This document shows, one piece after another, positions 42,046 through 51,504 of a stretch of DNA of 64,000 bases. The first letter of the stretch is position 1. Each line of letters opens with the position of its first letter. Location of the stretch: positions 56,646 through 120,645 of the forward strand of contig JAVSBY010000013.1 of assembly GCA_031960925.1 (NCBI GenBank), given 5' to 3'. The stretch is from Gilliamella sp. CRA003912. Lineage in GTDB: Bacteria > Pseudomonadota > Gammaproteobacteria > Enterobacterales > Orbaceae. The notes beneath the pieces were generated by a model. The model was not told where the DNA came from, made no database searches, and was given only the letters and a program-made list of their open reading frames with translations. A program made the translations under genes and the position numbers.

Positions 42046-43389
42046 ATGAAAAAAACTTTAACCTTTTTAATTACGCTAGCACTTAGCCAATCTGTTTTTG
42101 CTGAAAATCTCGTTCAAGTTTATGAACAAGCAAAAGAAACCAATCCTGAATTGCGCAGTTCTTATGCAGATAAAGAAAAAGCCTATGCAGCCATTTCGGG
42201 TTCACGTGCAAGTTTGTTACCCCAAGTAGGATTGAGTGCATCTTATGGTGCAGCGCATGGTCGTCGTGACACAAGTGGCGCAAAGACCAAAAGTGGTAAT
42301 TTGTATAATTTAACGTTATCTCAAAGTATTTTCGACTATTCAAACTGGAAAGCGTTAGATATCACTAAAAAACAAGCCAGTATTTCTGATATTGCTTATC
42401 AGTACCAAGGTCAAACGTTAATTTTAAATACCTCTGTGGCTTATTTTAATGTCCTAAAGGCGCTTGACGCTTTAAGCTATATCGAAGCTCAGAAAAAAGC
42501 GATTTATCGTCAACTTGAACAGACCCGTCAAGAGCATGAAGTCGGTTTAGTTGCTATCACTGATTTACAAAATGCACAAGCGAATTACGATTTAACTACC
42601 GCCCAAGAAGTAAGTGCAATCAATGATTTAAATAATTCAGTTGAAGATTTACGTCAAGTTAGTGGCCGTTTTTACTCAAAATTAGCGACAATTAATACCA
42701 ATACTTTCAAAACTGAGCAACCTACCCATATTAGCACCTTGTTAAAACAGTCTGAAAATACCAACTTGAATTTGTTAACGATGCGTTTAAATCAAGATGT
42801 GGCAAAAGAACAGATTAAATTAGCTCAATCAGGGCATTTACCAACAGTAAGTTTAGATGCATCGACTAATTTGAATAAAACTGAGCGCTATGGTAACAGA
42901 ACAGCTGCTGCAAATTATGGTAAAACATACTCGGGTGAAAATCAGATCGGCGTGAGTGTGAATATTCCTATTTTCTCTGGCGGGGCAACCATGTCTAAGG
43001 TTGAACAAGCGCAATATAATTATGTTAGCTTTAGTGAGCAAGTAGAAAGCACCAATCGTAGCGTGATAAACCAAGTTAGATCATCTTATAACAATATTTC
43101 TGCAGCGATCAGCTCAATTAAAGCGTATCAACAAGCGGTTGTTTCAGCACAAAGTTCATTAGATGCAACTAACTCAGGTTATCAAGTTGGAACGCGAACA
43201 ATTGTTGATGTATTAAATGCCACAACTCAACTTTACAGTGCCAAAAAGAACTTGTCTGATGCTAAATATACCTATTTGACAAGCTTATTACAGTTAAAAT
43301 ATGCAATTGGTACTTTAACTGCTGATGATTTGGTTGTGTTAAATAATATGCTTGGTGCTGAAGTGAATACGGTTGCAAAAGTAGATTAA
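42046..43389 (+). CDS. tolC: Outer membrane channel TolC
   Basis: Signal peptide then ENLVQVY; LLPQVGL, GHLPTV and GYQVGTRTIVDVL motifs. Confidence 0.96.
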   Translation: MKKTLTFLITLALSQSVFAENLVQVYEQAKETNPELRSSYADKEKAYAAISGSRASLLPQVGLSASYGAAHGRRDTSGAKTKSGNLYNLTLSQSIFDYSNWKALDITKKQASISDIAYQYQGQTLILNTSVAYFNVLKALDALSYIEAQKKAIYRQLEQTRQEHEVGLVAITDLQNAQANYDLTTAQEVSAINDLNNSVEDLRQVSGRFYSKLATINTNTFKTEQPTHISTLLKQSENTNLNLLTMRLNQDVAKEQIKLAQSGHLPTVSLDASTNLNKTERYGNRTAAANYGKTYSGENQIGVSVNIPIFSGGATMSKVEQAQYNYVSFSEQVESTNRSVINQVRSSYNNISAAISSIKAYQQAVVSAQSSLDATNSGYQVGTRTIVDVLNATTQLYSAKKNLSDAKYTYLTSLLQLKYAIGTLTADDLVVLNNMLGAEVNTVAKVD

Positions 43390-43410
43390 AAATCAAATAT
43401 AGCTATCAAA

Positions 43411-43443
43411 AAATAAGGCCACTTTTAAAGTGGCCTTTTTATT
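43411..43443. terminator. Bidirectional terminator between tolC and rplY
   Basis: AAGGCCACT...AGTGGCCTT flanked by A-rich and T-rich runs. Confidence 0.85.
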
Positions 43444-43479
43444 CGTAACATGTACGCTATTTTTTAATACAGTGCTCAA

Positions 43480-43764
43480 TTATACTCGAACGAAATCCAT
43501 ATGAACTAATTTTGGTTTGAATGGGTGACGTTGTACTGCTTTCACTTTTACTTTAACTGCTTTACCGTCAACTTCAATCGTTAAGTCTTCTGAATAAAAT
43601 TCAGGTTTTTCTTGCATATTAAATACTTGGTTATGATCAAGTATTACAGACATTGCAGGCTCAGTCCCACCATAAACGATTGCAGGAAATTTGCCAGCGT
43701 GACGCAGGCGGCGGCTCGCACCCTTACCATGCTCTTTCTTTGATTCAGCTTTTAATGTAAACAT
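43480..43764 (-). CDS. rplY: 50S ribosomal protein L25 (short single-domain form)
   Basis: [16 protein letters not shown] and QRHPFK..L.HMDF motifs; 94 aa. Confidence 0.98.
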   Translation of the reverse strand: MFTLKAESKKEHGKGASRRLRHAGKFPAIVYGGTEPAMSVILDHNQVFNMQEKPEFYSEDLTIEVDGKAVKVKVKAVQRHPFKPKLVHMDFVRV

Positions 43765-43846
43765 AATTAATCTCTTATATCATAAAATGAAAAACCAACC
43801 ACAGGCGACCCAGTAATTGGTTATAAAATATATGCTGTTAACAGCG
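43765..43846 (-). ncRNA. L25 (rplY) autoregulatory leader
   Basis: Minus-strand hairpin AACCAATTACTGGGTCGCCTGTGGTTGGTT (43793-43822) contains the gammaproteobacterial CTGGGTCGCCTGT core; TATAAT -10 at 43852-43857. Confidence 0.7.
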
Positions 43847-43871
43847 GCTAGATTATAGGTGAAAACTGGCG

Positions 43872-44744
43872 TTAAATCAACTCAACTTTAAAGCCATATG
43901 TCGTATAGTCAGAAGGTGATAGTTTTAACGTATGATTTATGCGGCAGGTTTCTGCACAGACCATTTTTTTATAACTATTTTCCCCCAGATCCGTGGTGGT
44001 TTTGGATTTTTCAGCCCAAGGATTCCACGTAACCACATCATGAGCATTGATATTGGTTAAACGAATGGTTCTTTTCCCATCTTTAATCATGATATGCGTT
44101 TCTGCTTGTGTATAAATTCTATCGACTTCTTGTGAGAAGTTTAATTGACCTGATATTTTAGGTTTATTTTCAACTTGCGTCCGCTCTTCATAGTGATCCC
44201 CAAGTCCTGTTATGATGACATTTTCGATATCATCGATACCGAAATAAGTATGTAGGGCTGATGTTGCATCAAAATCACCACGGCAACTTAACTCAACTTG
44301 ACAAGTATGGCCTAGGTCAATTTTCAATTGAACATCAAATGCTTTTGAAAAGTAAGGGGCGGTTTGTTGATTATTAGAGAGTGACAAAACAACACTGACG
44401 CCATGGCTATTTTCATTAATTGAATCGATTTTCCAATCAACAATACGCGCAAATCCATGCCCCGGATCCCCCAATTTACCAAACCATGGCCAGCAGACAG
44501 GAATACCGCCACGGATAGCGGTGCCTTTTTTAAACAAAGCATTTTCGCTAAGCCAAATAACAGGAGTGGATTGGTTTGCCGGACGCCAGAATAATAACTG
44601 AGCACCTTGTAATGAAATCGCAGCACTTCCTGTTTCATGAGTGATAATTAGAATGGGTAATTCACCAAACAGTGATTGGTAAACTGATTGACTGAGTGGG
44701 TGTCCAGCTGCTTTTGTATCGAGGATACGTTGGATGATACTCAT
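43872..44744 (-). CDS. yeaD: D-hexose-6-phosphate mutarotase (aldose 1-epimerase family)
   Basis: AIRGGIPVCWPWFG, HGFAR, ALHTYF and VTWNPW motifs. Confidence 0.92.
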   Translation of the reverse strand: MSIIQRILDTKAAGHPLSQSVYQSLFGELPILIITHETGSAAISLQGAQLLFWRPANQSTPVIWLSENALFKKGTAIRGGIPVCWPWFGKLGDPGHGFARIVDWKIDSINENSHGVSVVLSLSNNQQTAPYFSKAFDVQLKIDLGHTCQVELSCRGDFDATSALHTYFGIDDIENVIITGLGDHYEERTQVENKPKISGQLNFSQEVDRIYTQAETHIMIKDGKRTIRLTNINAHDVVTWNPWAEKSKTTTDLGENSYKKMVCAETCRINHTLKLSPSDYTTYGFKVELI

Positions 44745-44981
44745 AACTTCTCCTTTTGAATTTAACTATTATTTTATAAACGATCCATTACATGCTAAAA
44801 AAGATAATCTAAATTGTACGCTTTTCATCGAATTGGTAAACACGTTGATCGATTATTTCATCAAGTAAAAAAGGTTTTATTTTGGTTGAATTGTCGTCAT
44901 TCTCGTTCTATATTGATTCAGTGGTTCGAATTTTTTTCTATCTAAAGGTATCAAATCAGTCATACTACTTAGGAGATCGTC

Positions 44982-45494
44982 ATGCAAAAAAGAGCAAATG
45001 AAGTTACTATGAACGGCAATAACGTTACTTTACTCGGACCTCAGATCAAAGTGGGTGATAACGCACCAGACTTTACTGTGCAAAATTCAGGTATGTCGCC
45101 AGTAAAACTATCTGATTTTGAAGGTAAAGTGAAAATCATAAATGCTGTGCCATCAATTGATACATCAGTTTGTAGCGCCCAAGTTCATCGTTTTAATGTG
45201 GAAGCTGCAAAATTAAAAGATACGGTCATTTTCTCAATCAGTGCGGATCTGCCGTTTGCTCTTGGTCGATACTGTGCAGCAGAAGGCATTGATGCGGTAA
45301 AAGTGACATCAGACCATAAAGATTTGGATTTTGGTCTAAAATATGGCGTTGTTATTGAAGAGTTGCGATTACTTGCTAGAGCCGTATTTGTTATTGATCA
45401 GCATGATAAAATAGTCTATGTTGAGTACGTTAATGAAATCTCTAATGAACCCGATTATGACAAAGTACTTGCAGTCGCAAGTTCAATTGCCTAA
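44982..45494 (+). CDS. tpx: Thiol peroxidase (atypical 2-Cys peroxiredoxin)
   Basis: PSIDTSVC peroxidatic motif, SADLPFA..RYC and EPDY. Confidence 0.95.
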   Translation: MQKRANEVTMNGNNVTLLGPQIKVGDNAPDFTVQNSGMSPVKLSDFEGKVKIINAVPSIDTSVCSAQVHRFNVEAAKLKDTVIFSISADLPFALGRYCAAEGIDAVKVTSDHKDLDFGLKYGVVIEELRLLARAVFVIDQHDKIVYVEYVNEISNEPDYDKVLAVASSIA

Positions 45495-45625
45495 GTTACC
45501 TAACCAGTGCCTCCGAGCTGGTGGCACAGTTCACCTGAACATTTATTACTACTAGCTATTTAATGGTAAAAAGTATTGAGTTATAATCTTAAATCACTTT
45601 CCATCTTTTCTTTGCTGCCTCCATT

Positions 45626-46792
45626 ATGAATAATGCAATTAATCGGTCACAAATATGGTCATCTATCTTTTGTTTAGCGTTTGCAGGTTTTGTGTTTAAT
45701 ACAACAGAATTTGCGCCGGTCGGATTATTGCCAAATATAGCTGAAAGCTTTTCGATGGATGTAGGTCATACAGGGCTGCTATTAACTGTCTATGCATGGG
45801 CAGTTTCACTATTATCGTTACCTTTAGCAATAGCAACTGCAAAAATCGAAAGACGAAAATTATTAATTTTTCTGTTTTGTTTGTTTATTGCCAGCCACAT
45901 ACTTGCCGGGTTTGCTTGGAGTTTTAGCAGCTTAATGATTGCAAGACTAGGGATAGCGTGTTCCCATGCTGTGTTTTGGGCGATCACAACGCCTCTTGCG
46001 GTAAGGCTTGCACCGGAAGGAAAGAAAGCCAAAGCGATGGGATTTATTGTGGTTGGCGTTTCGCTTGCAACGGTGCTTGGTATACCAATTGGAACGATCA
46101 TTGGGCAAGTCGTTGGTTGGCGGATGACGTTTTTATGTATCGCTTTTATCGCTTTTTGCGTCATGATATTGCTTTTGTATTTTTTACCAAGTGTGCCAAG
46201 TGTAAATGTTATTTCAAAAAGTGATATTCCAGCGGTATTAAGGCGCCCTGTACTCATGAATATTTTTTTACTGACTGCCATTATTGTAACCGGGCATTAT
46301 ACAGCTTATACCTACATTACCCCGTTTATGCAGCAAGTTGGCGGTTACAGTCCGAAATTTGTGGTTATTTTATTATTAATGATTGGATTTTCAGGTATTA
46401 TGGGTAGCATTTTGTTTGCTAAATATCATGAAAAATCGCCGATTGGAATTTTGTATTTTGCGGTATTTTTGCTGATGGCGTGTCTATTTGCGCTTTATTT
46501 TTGTGCAGCAAATCGCTATGCCACCATTTTGCTCTGTTTATGCTGGGGACTTGCTATTACGGTAATAGGTATGGTGATGCAAAGCAAAGTGATTGACTCT
46601 GCACCCGATGCGACAGATATTGCCACATCGGTCTATTCTGGTATTTATAATATTGGTATTGGGGGCGGCGCTTTTATAGGCGGCAAAGTGCTACTACTCT
46701 TATCGATAAACGATATTGGGATAGTTGGGGGCGTGTTTATTATCATTGCTATTGCTGTATTCTTTTTAGTCTCAAAAAAATATTGGTCATAA
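45626..46792 (+). CDS. sotB: MFS sugar efflux transporter SotB/YdeA
   Basis: FVFNTTEFAPVGLL, ERRKLL, HAVFW and GWRMTF motifs; about 12 TM segments. Confidence 0.85.
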   Translation: MNNAINRSQIWSSIFCLAFAGFVFNTTEFAPVGLLPNIAESFSMDVGHTGLLLTVYAWAVSLLSLPLAIATAKIERRKLLIFLFCLFIASHILAGFAWSFSSLMIARLGIACSHAVFWAITTPLAVRLAPEGKKAKAMGFIVVGVSLATVLGIPIGTIIGQVVGWRMTFLCIAFIAFCVMILLLYFLPSVPSVNVISKSDIPAVLRRPVLMNIFLLTAIIVTGHYTAYTYITPFMQQVGGYSPKFVVILLLMIGFSGIMGSILFAKYHEKSPIGILYFAVFLLMACLFALYFCAANRYATILLCLCWGLAITVIGMVMQSKVIDSAPDATDIATSVYSGIYNIGIGGGAFIGGKVLLLLSINDIGIVGGVFIIIAIAVFFLVSKKYWS

Positions 46793-46821
46793 TGTTAATT
46801 AACTCGTGCGGTAGGATGAGG

Positions 46822-47748
46822 TTAATCTGCAAAATGGTAACTGTCCCCAATCGCATGGCCTTGGCCTCCTTGTTGCCTTAAATTTTGGTCAATAGCATTC
46901 ATCGATAGCCAATGATTTTCACACCAATTAGGGGCCAGTAACGTTGGCTTTCGGGCATTGGCTGAAACGCGATGGTATAAAATATCTTTGGGCGTATGGC
47001 GAATTATATCACCAGCAATATCCACATACTCTTCTAATGATTGAACTTTCAGCCGACCCGCTTGCCATGCTTTGGCCATTGTACTGCCACTCACAATATG
47101 TAAAGGATGTAACTTTAATCCGTCAGTACCGGTATTTAGTACTTTATCTAAGGTTATTAAATTGTCTTGTTTAGATTCTTTCGGTAAACCAATGATCAAG
47201 TGAGTACAGACTTTAATTCCCAAATCACGTGCTTTTTGGGCCGTTTGATGATAATCCTCAAAAGCGTGTCCTCTATTGATGTTATGCAACGTTTTGTTAT
47301 TCGCTGTTTGAAGCCCAAGTTCGAGCCAGACTTCATAGCCTTGGGCCTGATAGTTTGCAAGTAAATTTAATGCTTCATTAGGGACACAATCCGGGCGAGT
47401 TCCAACACAAAGTCCAATAATATCAGCATGATTCAAAGCCTGTTCGTACATTTTTCTCAAAATTTCAACTTCAGCATAGGTGCTGGTATAAGCCTGAAAA
47501 TAAGCGAGATAACGTTTGGACTTTTTCATTTGATGGGCTTGGGATACCAGTTGTTCAGGAATTGATTGGATCTGTATCGACTCATCGATGATCGAGGCAA
47601 CATTACAAAATGTGCAGCCGCCCACGCCGATTGTACCATCACGATTTGGACAACTAAAACCACCATGTAGGGTCAATTTATAAATCTTTTCACCATAACG
47701 ACGTTGTAAATCCGCCCCTAACATATTGACGACTAAATGAAGTTGCAT
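46822..47748 (-). CDS. yhcC: TIGR01212-family radical SAM protein
   Basis: CPNRDG...GGCTFC cluster motif, YFQAYT, GTRPDC and ELGLQT; ATG at 47748. Confidence 0.92.
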   Translation of the reverse strand: MQLHLVVNMLGADLQRRYGEKIYKLTLHGGFSCPNRDGTIGVGGCTFCNVASIIDESIQIQSIPEQLVSQAHQMKKSKRYLAYFQAYTSTYAEVEILRKMYEQALNHADIIGLCVGTRPDCVPNEALNLLANYQAQGYEVWLELGLQTANNKTLHNINRGHAFEDYHQTAQKARDLGIKVCTHLIIGLPKESKQDNLITLDKVLNTGTDGLKLHPLHIVSGSTMAKAWQAGRLKVQSLEEYVDIAGDIIRHTPKDILYHRVSANARKPTLLAPNWCENHWLSMNAIDQNLRQQGGQGHAIGDSYHFAD

Positions 47749-47950
47749 AAACACCAGAACAAAAAGTTTAACTAAACTTGTGTGATAGTAAACTGACAGA
47801 GGGCAATTTGTATATCATTTTTTAATTTCATTTATAAAAAGATTGAAATAGCCAGGTTATTGAGTAGGATAGGAAATGTTACGTTTTATTTGTAGTCGTG
47901 TTCGTCCTATCTAAAATTGGTGAAAATATAATATCTACAGAGGAGCTAAG

Positions 47951-49207
47951 ATGTTTAATAAACAAATGACCATTGCGGAGTATGACAAGGAACTTTGGGA
48001 TGCAATACAAGGTGAACAGCAACGCCAAGAAGATCATATCGAATTAATTGCGTCGGAAAATTACACGAGCCCACGTGTTATGCAAGCTCAAGGTTCGCAA
48101 TTAACCAATAAATACGCAGAGGGTTATCCATCTAAGCGTTATTATGGTGGCTGTGAATACGTCGATGTGGTTGAGCAATTAGCGATTGATCGCGCGAAAG
48201 CACTTTTTGGCGCTGATTATGCAAATGTACAGCCGCATTCTGGTGCTCAGGCTAATTTTGCTGTTTACAGCGCATTATTGCAGCCAGGCGACACGGTTCT
48301 TGGCATGAATTTATCCGAAGGCGGACACTTAACGCACGGCTCACCGGTAAATTTTTCAGGAAAGCTTTATCATATCGTTGCGTACGGCGTTGACTCAAAT
48401 GGTCAAATTGATTATGACGAGCTAGAAAAATTGGCTAAACAATCGCAGCCTAAAATGATTATTGGCGGCTTTTCTGCTTATTCAGGTATTGTTGATTGGA
48501 AGAAAATGCGTGAAATTGCCGACAGTGTTAATGCCTATCTATTTGTTGATATGGCCCATGTAGCAGGACTTGTCGCGGCAGATGTCTATCCTAATCCACT
48601 GCCTTTTGCCCACGTTGTTACAACAACAACACATAAAACATTGGGTGGTCCTCGTGGTGGTTTGATCTTGGCTAAGGGCGGCAGTGATGAGCTCTATAAA
48701 AAATTGAATTCATCGGTTTTTCCAGGTGCGCAAGGTGGCCCATTAATGCACGTGATTGCCGCTAAAGCCGTCGCATTGAAAGAAGCGATGGAACCGGCTT
48801 ATAAAGCTTATCAGCAGCAAGTGGTGAAAAATTCACAAGCGATGGTTCAAGAAATTATTAAAAGAGGATATAAAGTTGTATCGGGTAGAACACAAAATCA
48901 TCTCTTTTTGATTGATTTAATTGATAAAAACATAACAGGAAAAGCGGCGGATGCAGCATTAGGGCGCGCCAATATTACTGTGAACAAAAATAGCGTACCC
49001 AATGATCCACAAAATCCATTTATTACCTCCGGCATAAGGATTGGTTCTCCTGCAATTACGCGAAGAGGTTTAAAAGAAGCGGAATCTAAACAGCTTGCTA
49101 ATTGGATTTGTGATATTTTGGACAATATTGATGATGAGCAAATTATTCAGACAGTAAAAGAGCAGGTTTTAGCACTTTGCCGTCGATTCCCTGTCTATGA
49201 ACATTGA
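47951..49207 (+). CDS. glyA: Serine hydroxymethyltransferase
   Basis: [21 protein letters not shown] and VTTTTHKTL (PLP lysine) motifs. Confidence 0.99.
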   Translation: MFNKQMTIAEYDKELWDAIQGEQQRQEDHIELIASENYTSPRVMQAQGSQLTNKYAEGYPSKRYYGGCEYVDVVEQLAIDRAKALFGADYANVQPHSGAQANFAVYSALLQPGDTVLGMNLSEGGHLTHGSPVNFSGKLYHIVAYGVDSNGQIDYDELEKLAKQSQPKMIIGGFSAYSGIVDWKKMREIADSVNAYLFVDMAHVAGLVAADVYPNPLPFAHVVTTTTHKTLGGPRGGLILAKGGSDELYKKLNSSVFPGAQGGPLMHVIAAKAVALKEAMEPAYKAYQQQVVKNSQAMVQEIIKRGYKVVSGRTQNHLFLIDLIDKNITGKAADAALGRANITVNKNSVPNDPQNPFITSGIRIGSPAITRRGLKEAESKQLANWICDILDNIDDEQIIQTVKEQVLALCRRFPVYEH

Positions 49208-49222
49208 TTGGTCTTAGGTGTG

Positions 49223-49245
49223 TTCCGCCGACAATGTCGGCGGAA
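49223..49245. terminator. GC-rich inverted repeat between convergent glyA and the hypothetical gene
   Basis: TTCCGCCGACA-A-TGTCGGCGGAA; no clear U-tract. Confidence 0.6.
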
Positions 49246-49253
49246 TGGTAAGA

Positions 49254-51410
49254 TTATTCAGAAGGGCTATTTTCACTTTGCTGCTGTGTTTCTGGTGTAA
49301 AATACTGTTCTAAATAACCTTTGTGCCATAACCACCCACCAGTTACACTGATACCGACTACAATGGCTAATAACAAAATGATCATCGGTTTTCTGCGTTT
49401 TGTTGTCATAGGGTCGATTAAATTACGTTTCGCATTGTCGGGCAGCTCAGCTTTACTTGTCAGTAACCCACCGAGTAATAAATTAATTTTTACTCGTCCA
49501 TTAATTGCCCAGCCAGAAGCTTCAAGTAATGGACCCAAGGTTCGTCTGCGTAGTTTTAGCCAAGCTAATACCATAGATGGTCCAGAGATAATTAAAAATA
49601 GTCCAATGAAAACTAATGGGAATTGCCACCACTTTAATTCGAAAATTGCTTGAAAAATCGTCGCAAGGGCAGTGCCAATTGCACCAATGGCAAGACCAAT
49701 AGCAGCGAAAATCCCCACACTTTTACCGATATCGAATTTATTATCGGTGGTTTGAACAGAGACAGCTTGTGTACTTGATTTCTCAATGTCAGCATCTTTA
49801 CTGCTTGCCCACTTGTTGATTTGTTCAGTAATTAAACGACCTATTCGCTGATAAGGAGCCCAAATGGCTTGGGTAATACTTATTGGCTTAGTAATCATTT
49901 TAACCACGCTTGCATCCCAATCATTGCCATCATAATCAATGAATACACCATTACGTCCTTCCATTAAAAGATCGCCATTTCCTGCTGTGATGGCTGCCGC
50001 AATGATTTGCTTTTTACCTTTTCGTGTGCATTCACAGTATAAAAGGCAGAGTTCAGAATAATTAGCCAGTGCGATATGTTTATTGATATCATTAACCGAC
50101 ACACAAAGTGTTGCACAGCGCCCATCAATATACAGTTTACCTAGCTGAAATGCCGCTGTTCTATCAAAAGAGAAGAAATCTAAAAAAGAGGTAAAATTAA
50201 CCAATAATCGATAAAGATGTTTATTAAATAAAACCAAGCGTTCAAGTACTAATACATCCGAGGCTGAAATAGGCGCTTTATTATCTTCATCAACCATTGT
50301 TTTAAATTGTTCAATAAAATTACCGGCTAAAATTTTATCAACATCCGATTCCGATAATTCATCAATGACCGAAGTTGGCTTGGTTGTCACATTCAATTCT
50401 GTCATACTGGGCTTAGAACGAACAAGCTCCGAATAAGCGGTTAGGTCAGCTTGAATACGTTGCCACTCTTCGCGAGAAAGTTGGGTTGGGTCAGATAACG
50501 ATGTGTTTACTAGATGAGAGAACCGCTCCACTTTACTGCGCCAAATTGGATTGAGTCCATTAACTAAGTCAAGATTTTTGCCAGCCTCTATTTTTGATAA
50601 CGGTAAGTCAGCCAACATATCATCTGCCAATAATCCATTCTCTTTGGGTACGATAAATTTCTCATCAACATTGAGCACAGATTGCGCTTGAGGAGCATAT
50701 TGCGCTAACTCGGTACGTAAAAAATAGTCATCAATTTTAGGCTTTAAGAGTTGAACCAATTTCCAGATTTCAGGTGTTTTATTATTAAACGGTGTTTCGA
50801 CATTATTAATGTTATGTAGCCAATTTCGCCACGTCTGTAAATCACGGATAAAGGTTGACGCGATTTGTAAGTTAATTCCATCTTGCCCACTGATATCTTT
50901 GATTGCGCCAATTATTTTAATTGCCGTTTGAATAAATAGCCGCATATCGTCAGAGAGTTCTGAAGATGGTGGAAAGATAGCATCGCCGTTATACAATTTA
51001 TTGGCATTAATTTTTAATGATTGTTGCACATCTTGCTGGGTTAAATAATCACGATCTGGTTTATTTAGGCTAGATAAAATACTGTGTGCCGTGGTTAATA
51101 ATTTTTGGCCTTCCTGAGTTGACGCGTCAATATTCGATAACGGTAAAATTTCTGAGGACTGCAAAATCGTATCAAATGACACTAATTTACTTTTTGCAAA
51201 GGCAATTGCATCGAGGATATCAGGAATTCGGATACGGTCATCTTGATCCGTGTCTAACAGTTCAAGGGTTCGCTCGTCAAATTCTAGCCCCTTTGTTGGA
51301 CAGCTTAGTGCTACCCATAATTTAGGATCGAGCGAGGGTAAATTAATAATATCTTCAGGTTTATTGAAAACAACCTGATCTAATCCCCCAATTCGTTGAA
51401 ATGTCCACAT
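49254..51410 (-). CDS. Uncharacterised 718-aa membrane-anchored protein with an N-terminal EF-hand-like loop and three C-terminal hydrophobic segments
   Basis: Long uninterrupted ORF with GAGGGG RBS. DTDQDDRIRIPD at residues 53-64; hydrophobic segments GIFAAIGLAIGAIGTALATIF, FPLVFIGLFLIISGPSMVLAWL and IILLLAIVVGISVTGGWLW. Confidence 0.85.
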   Translation of the reverse strand: MWTFQRIGGLDQVVFNKPEDIINLPSLDPKLWVALSCPTKGLEFDERTLELLDTDQDDRIRIPDILDAIAFAKSKLVSFDTILQSSEILPLSNIDASTQEGQKLLTTAHSILSSLNKPDRDYLTQQDVQQSLKINANKLYNGDAIFPPSSELSDDMRLFIQTAIKIIGAIKDISGQDGINLQIASTFIRDLQTWRNWLHNINNVETPFNNKTPEIWKLVQLLKPKIDDYFLRTELAQYAPQAQSVLNVDEKFIVPKENGLLADDMLADLPLSKIEAGKNLDLVNGLNPIWRSKVERFSHLVNTSLSDPTQLSREEWQRIQADLTAYSELVRSKPSMTELNVTTKPTSVIDELSESDVDKILAGNFIEQFKTMVDEDNKAPISASDVLVLERLVLFNKHLYRLLVNFTSFLDFFSFDRTAAFQLGKLYIDGRCATLCVSVNDINKHIALANYSELCLLYCECTRKGKKQIIAAAITAGNGDLLMEGRNGVFIDYDGNDWDASVVKMITKPISITQAIWAPYQRIGRLITEQINKWASSKDADIEKSSTQAVSVQTTDNKFDIGKSVGIFAAIGLAIGAIGTALATIFQAIFELKWWQFPLVFIGLFLIISGPSMVLAWLKLRRRTLGPLLEASGWAINGRVKINLLLGGLLTSKAELPDNAKRNLIDPMTTKRRKPMIILLLAIVVGISVTGGWLWHKGYLEQYFTPETQQQSENSPSE

Positions 51411-51504
51411 ACGATGTTTCCCCCTCTTACAATGATTAGTGTGATAAGATAGCGATTGTGATAGAATACCGCTTTATACTTTAATATCCAAATAAAACCT
51501 CAAC

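Noticed and set aside
44846..44865. TTGAT...ATCAA upstream of tpx/yeaD as an FNR site
   Set aside because: The half-sites are 10 bp apart instead of 4.
47870..47886. Possible PurR box upstream of glyA
   Set aside because: Too many mismatches, including the central CG.
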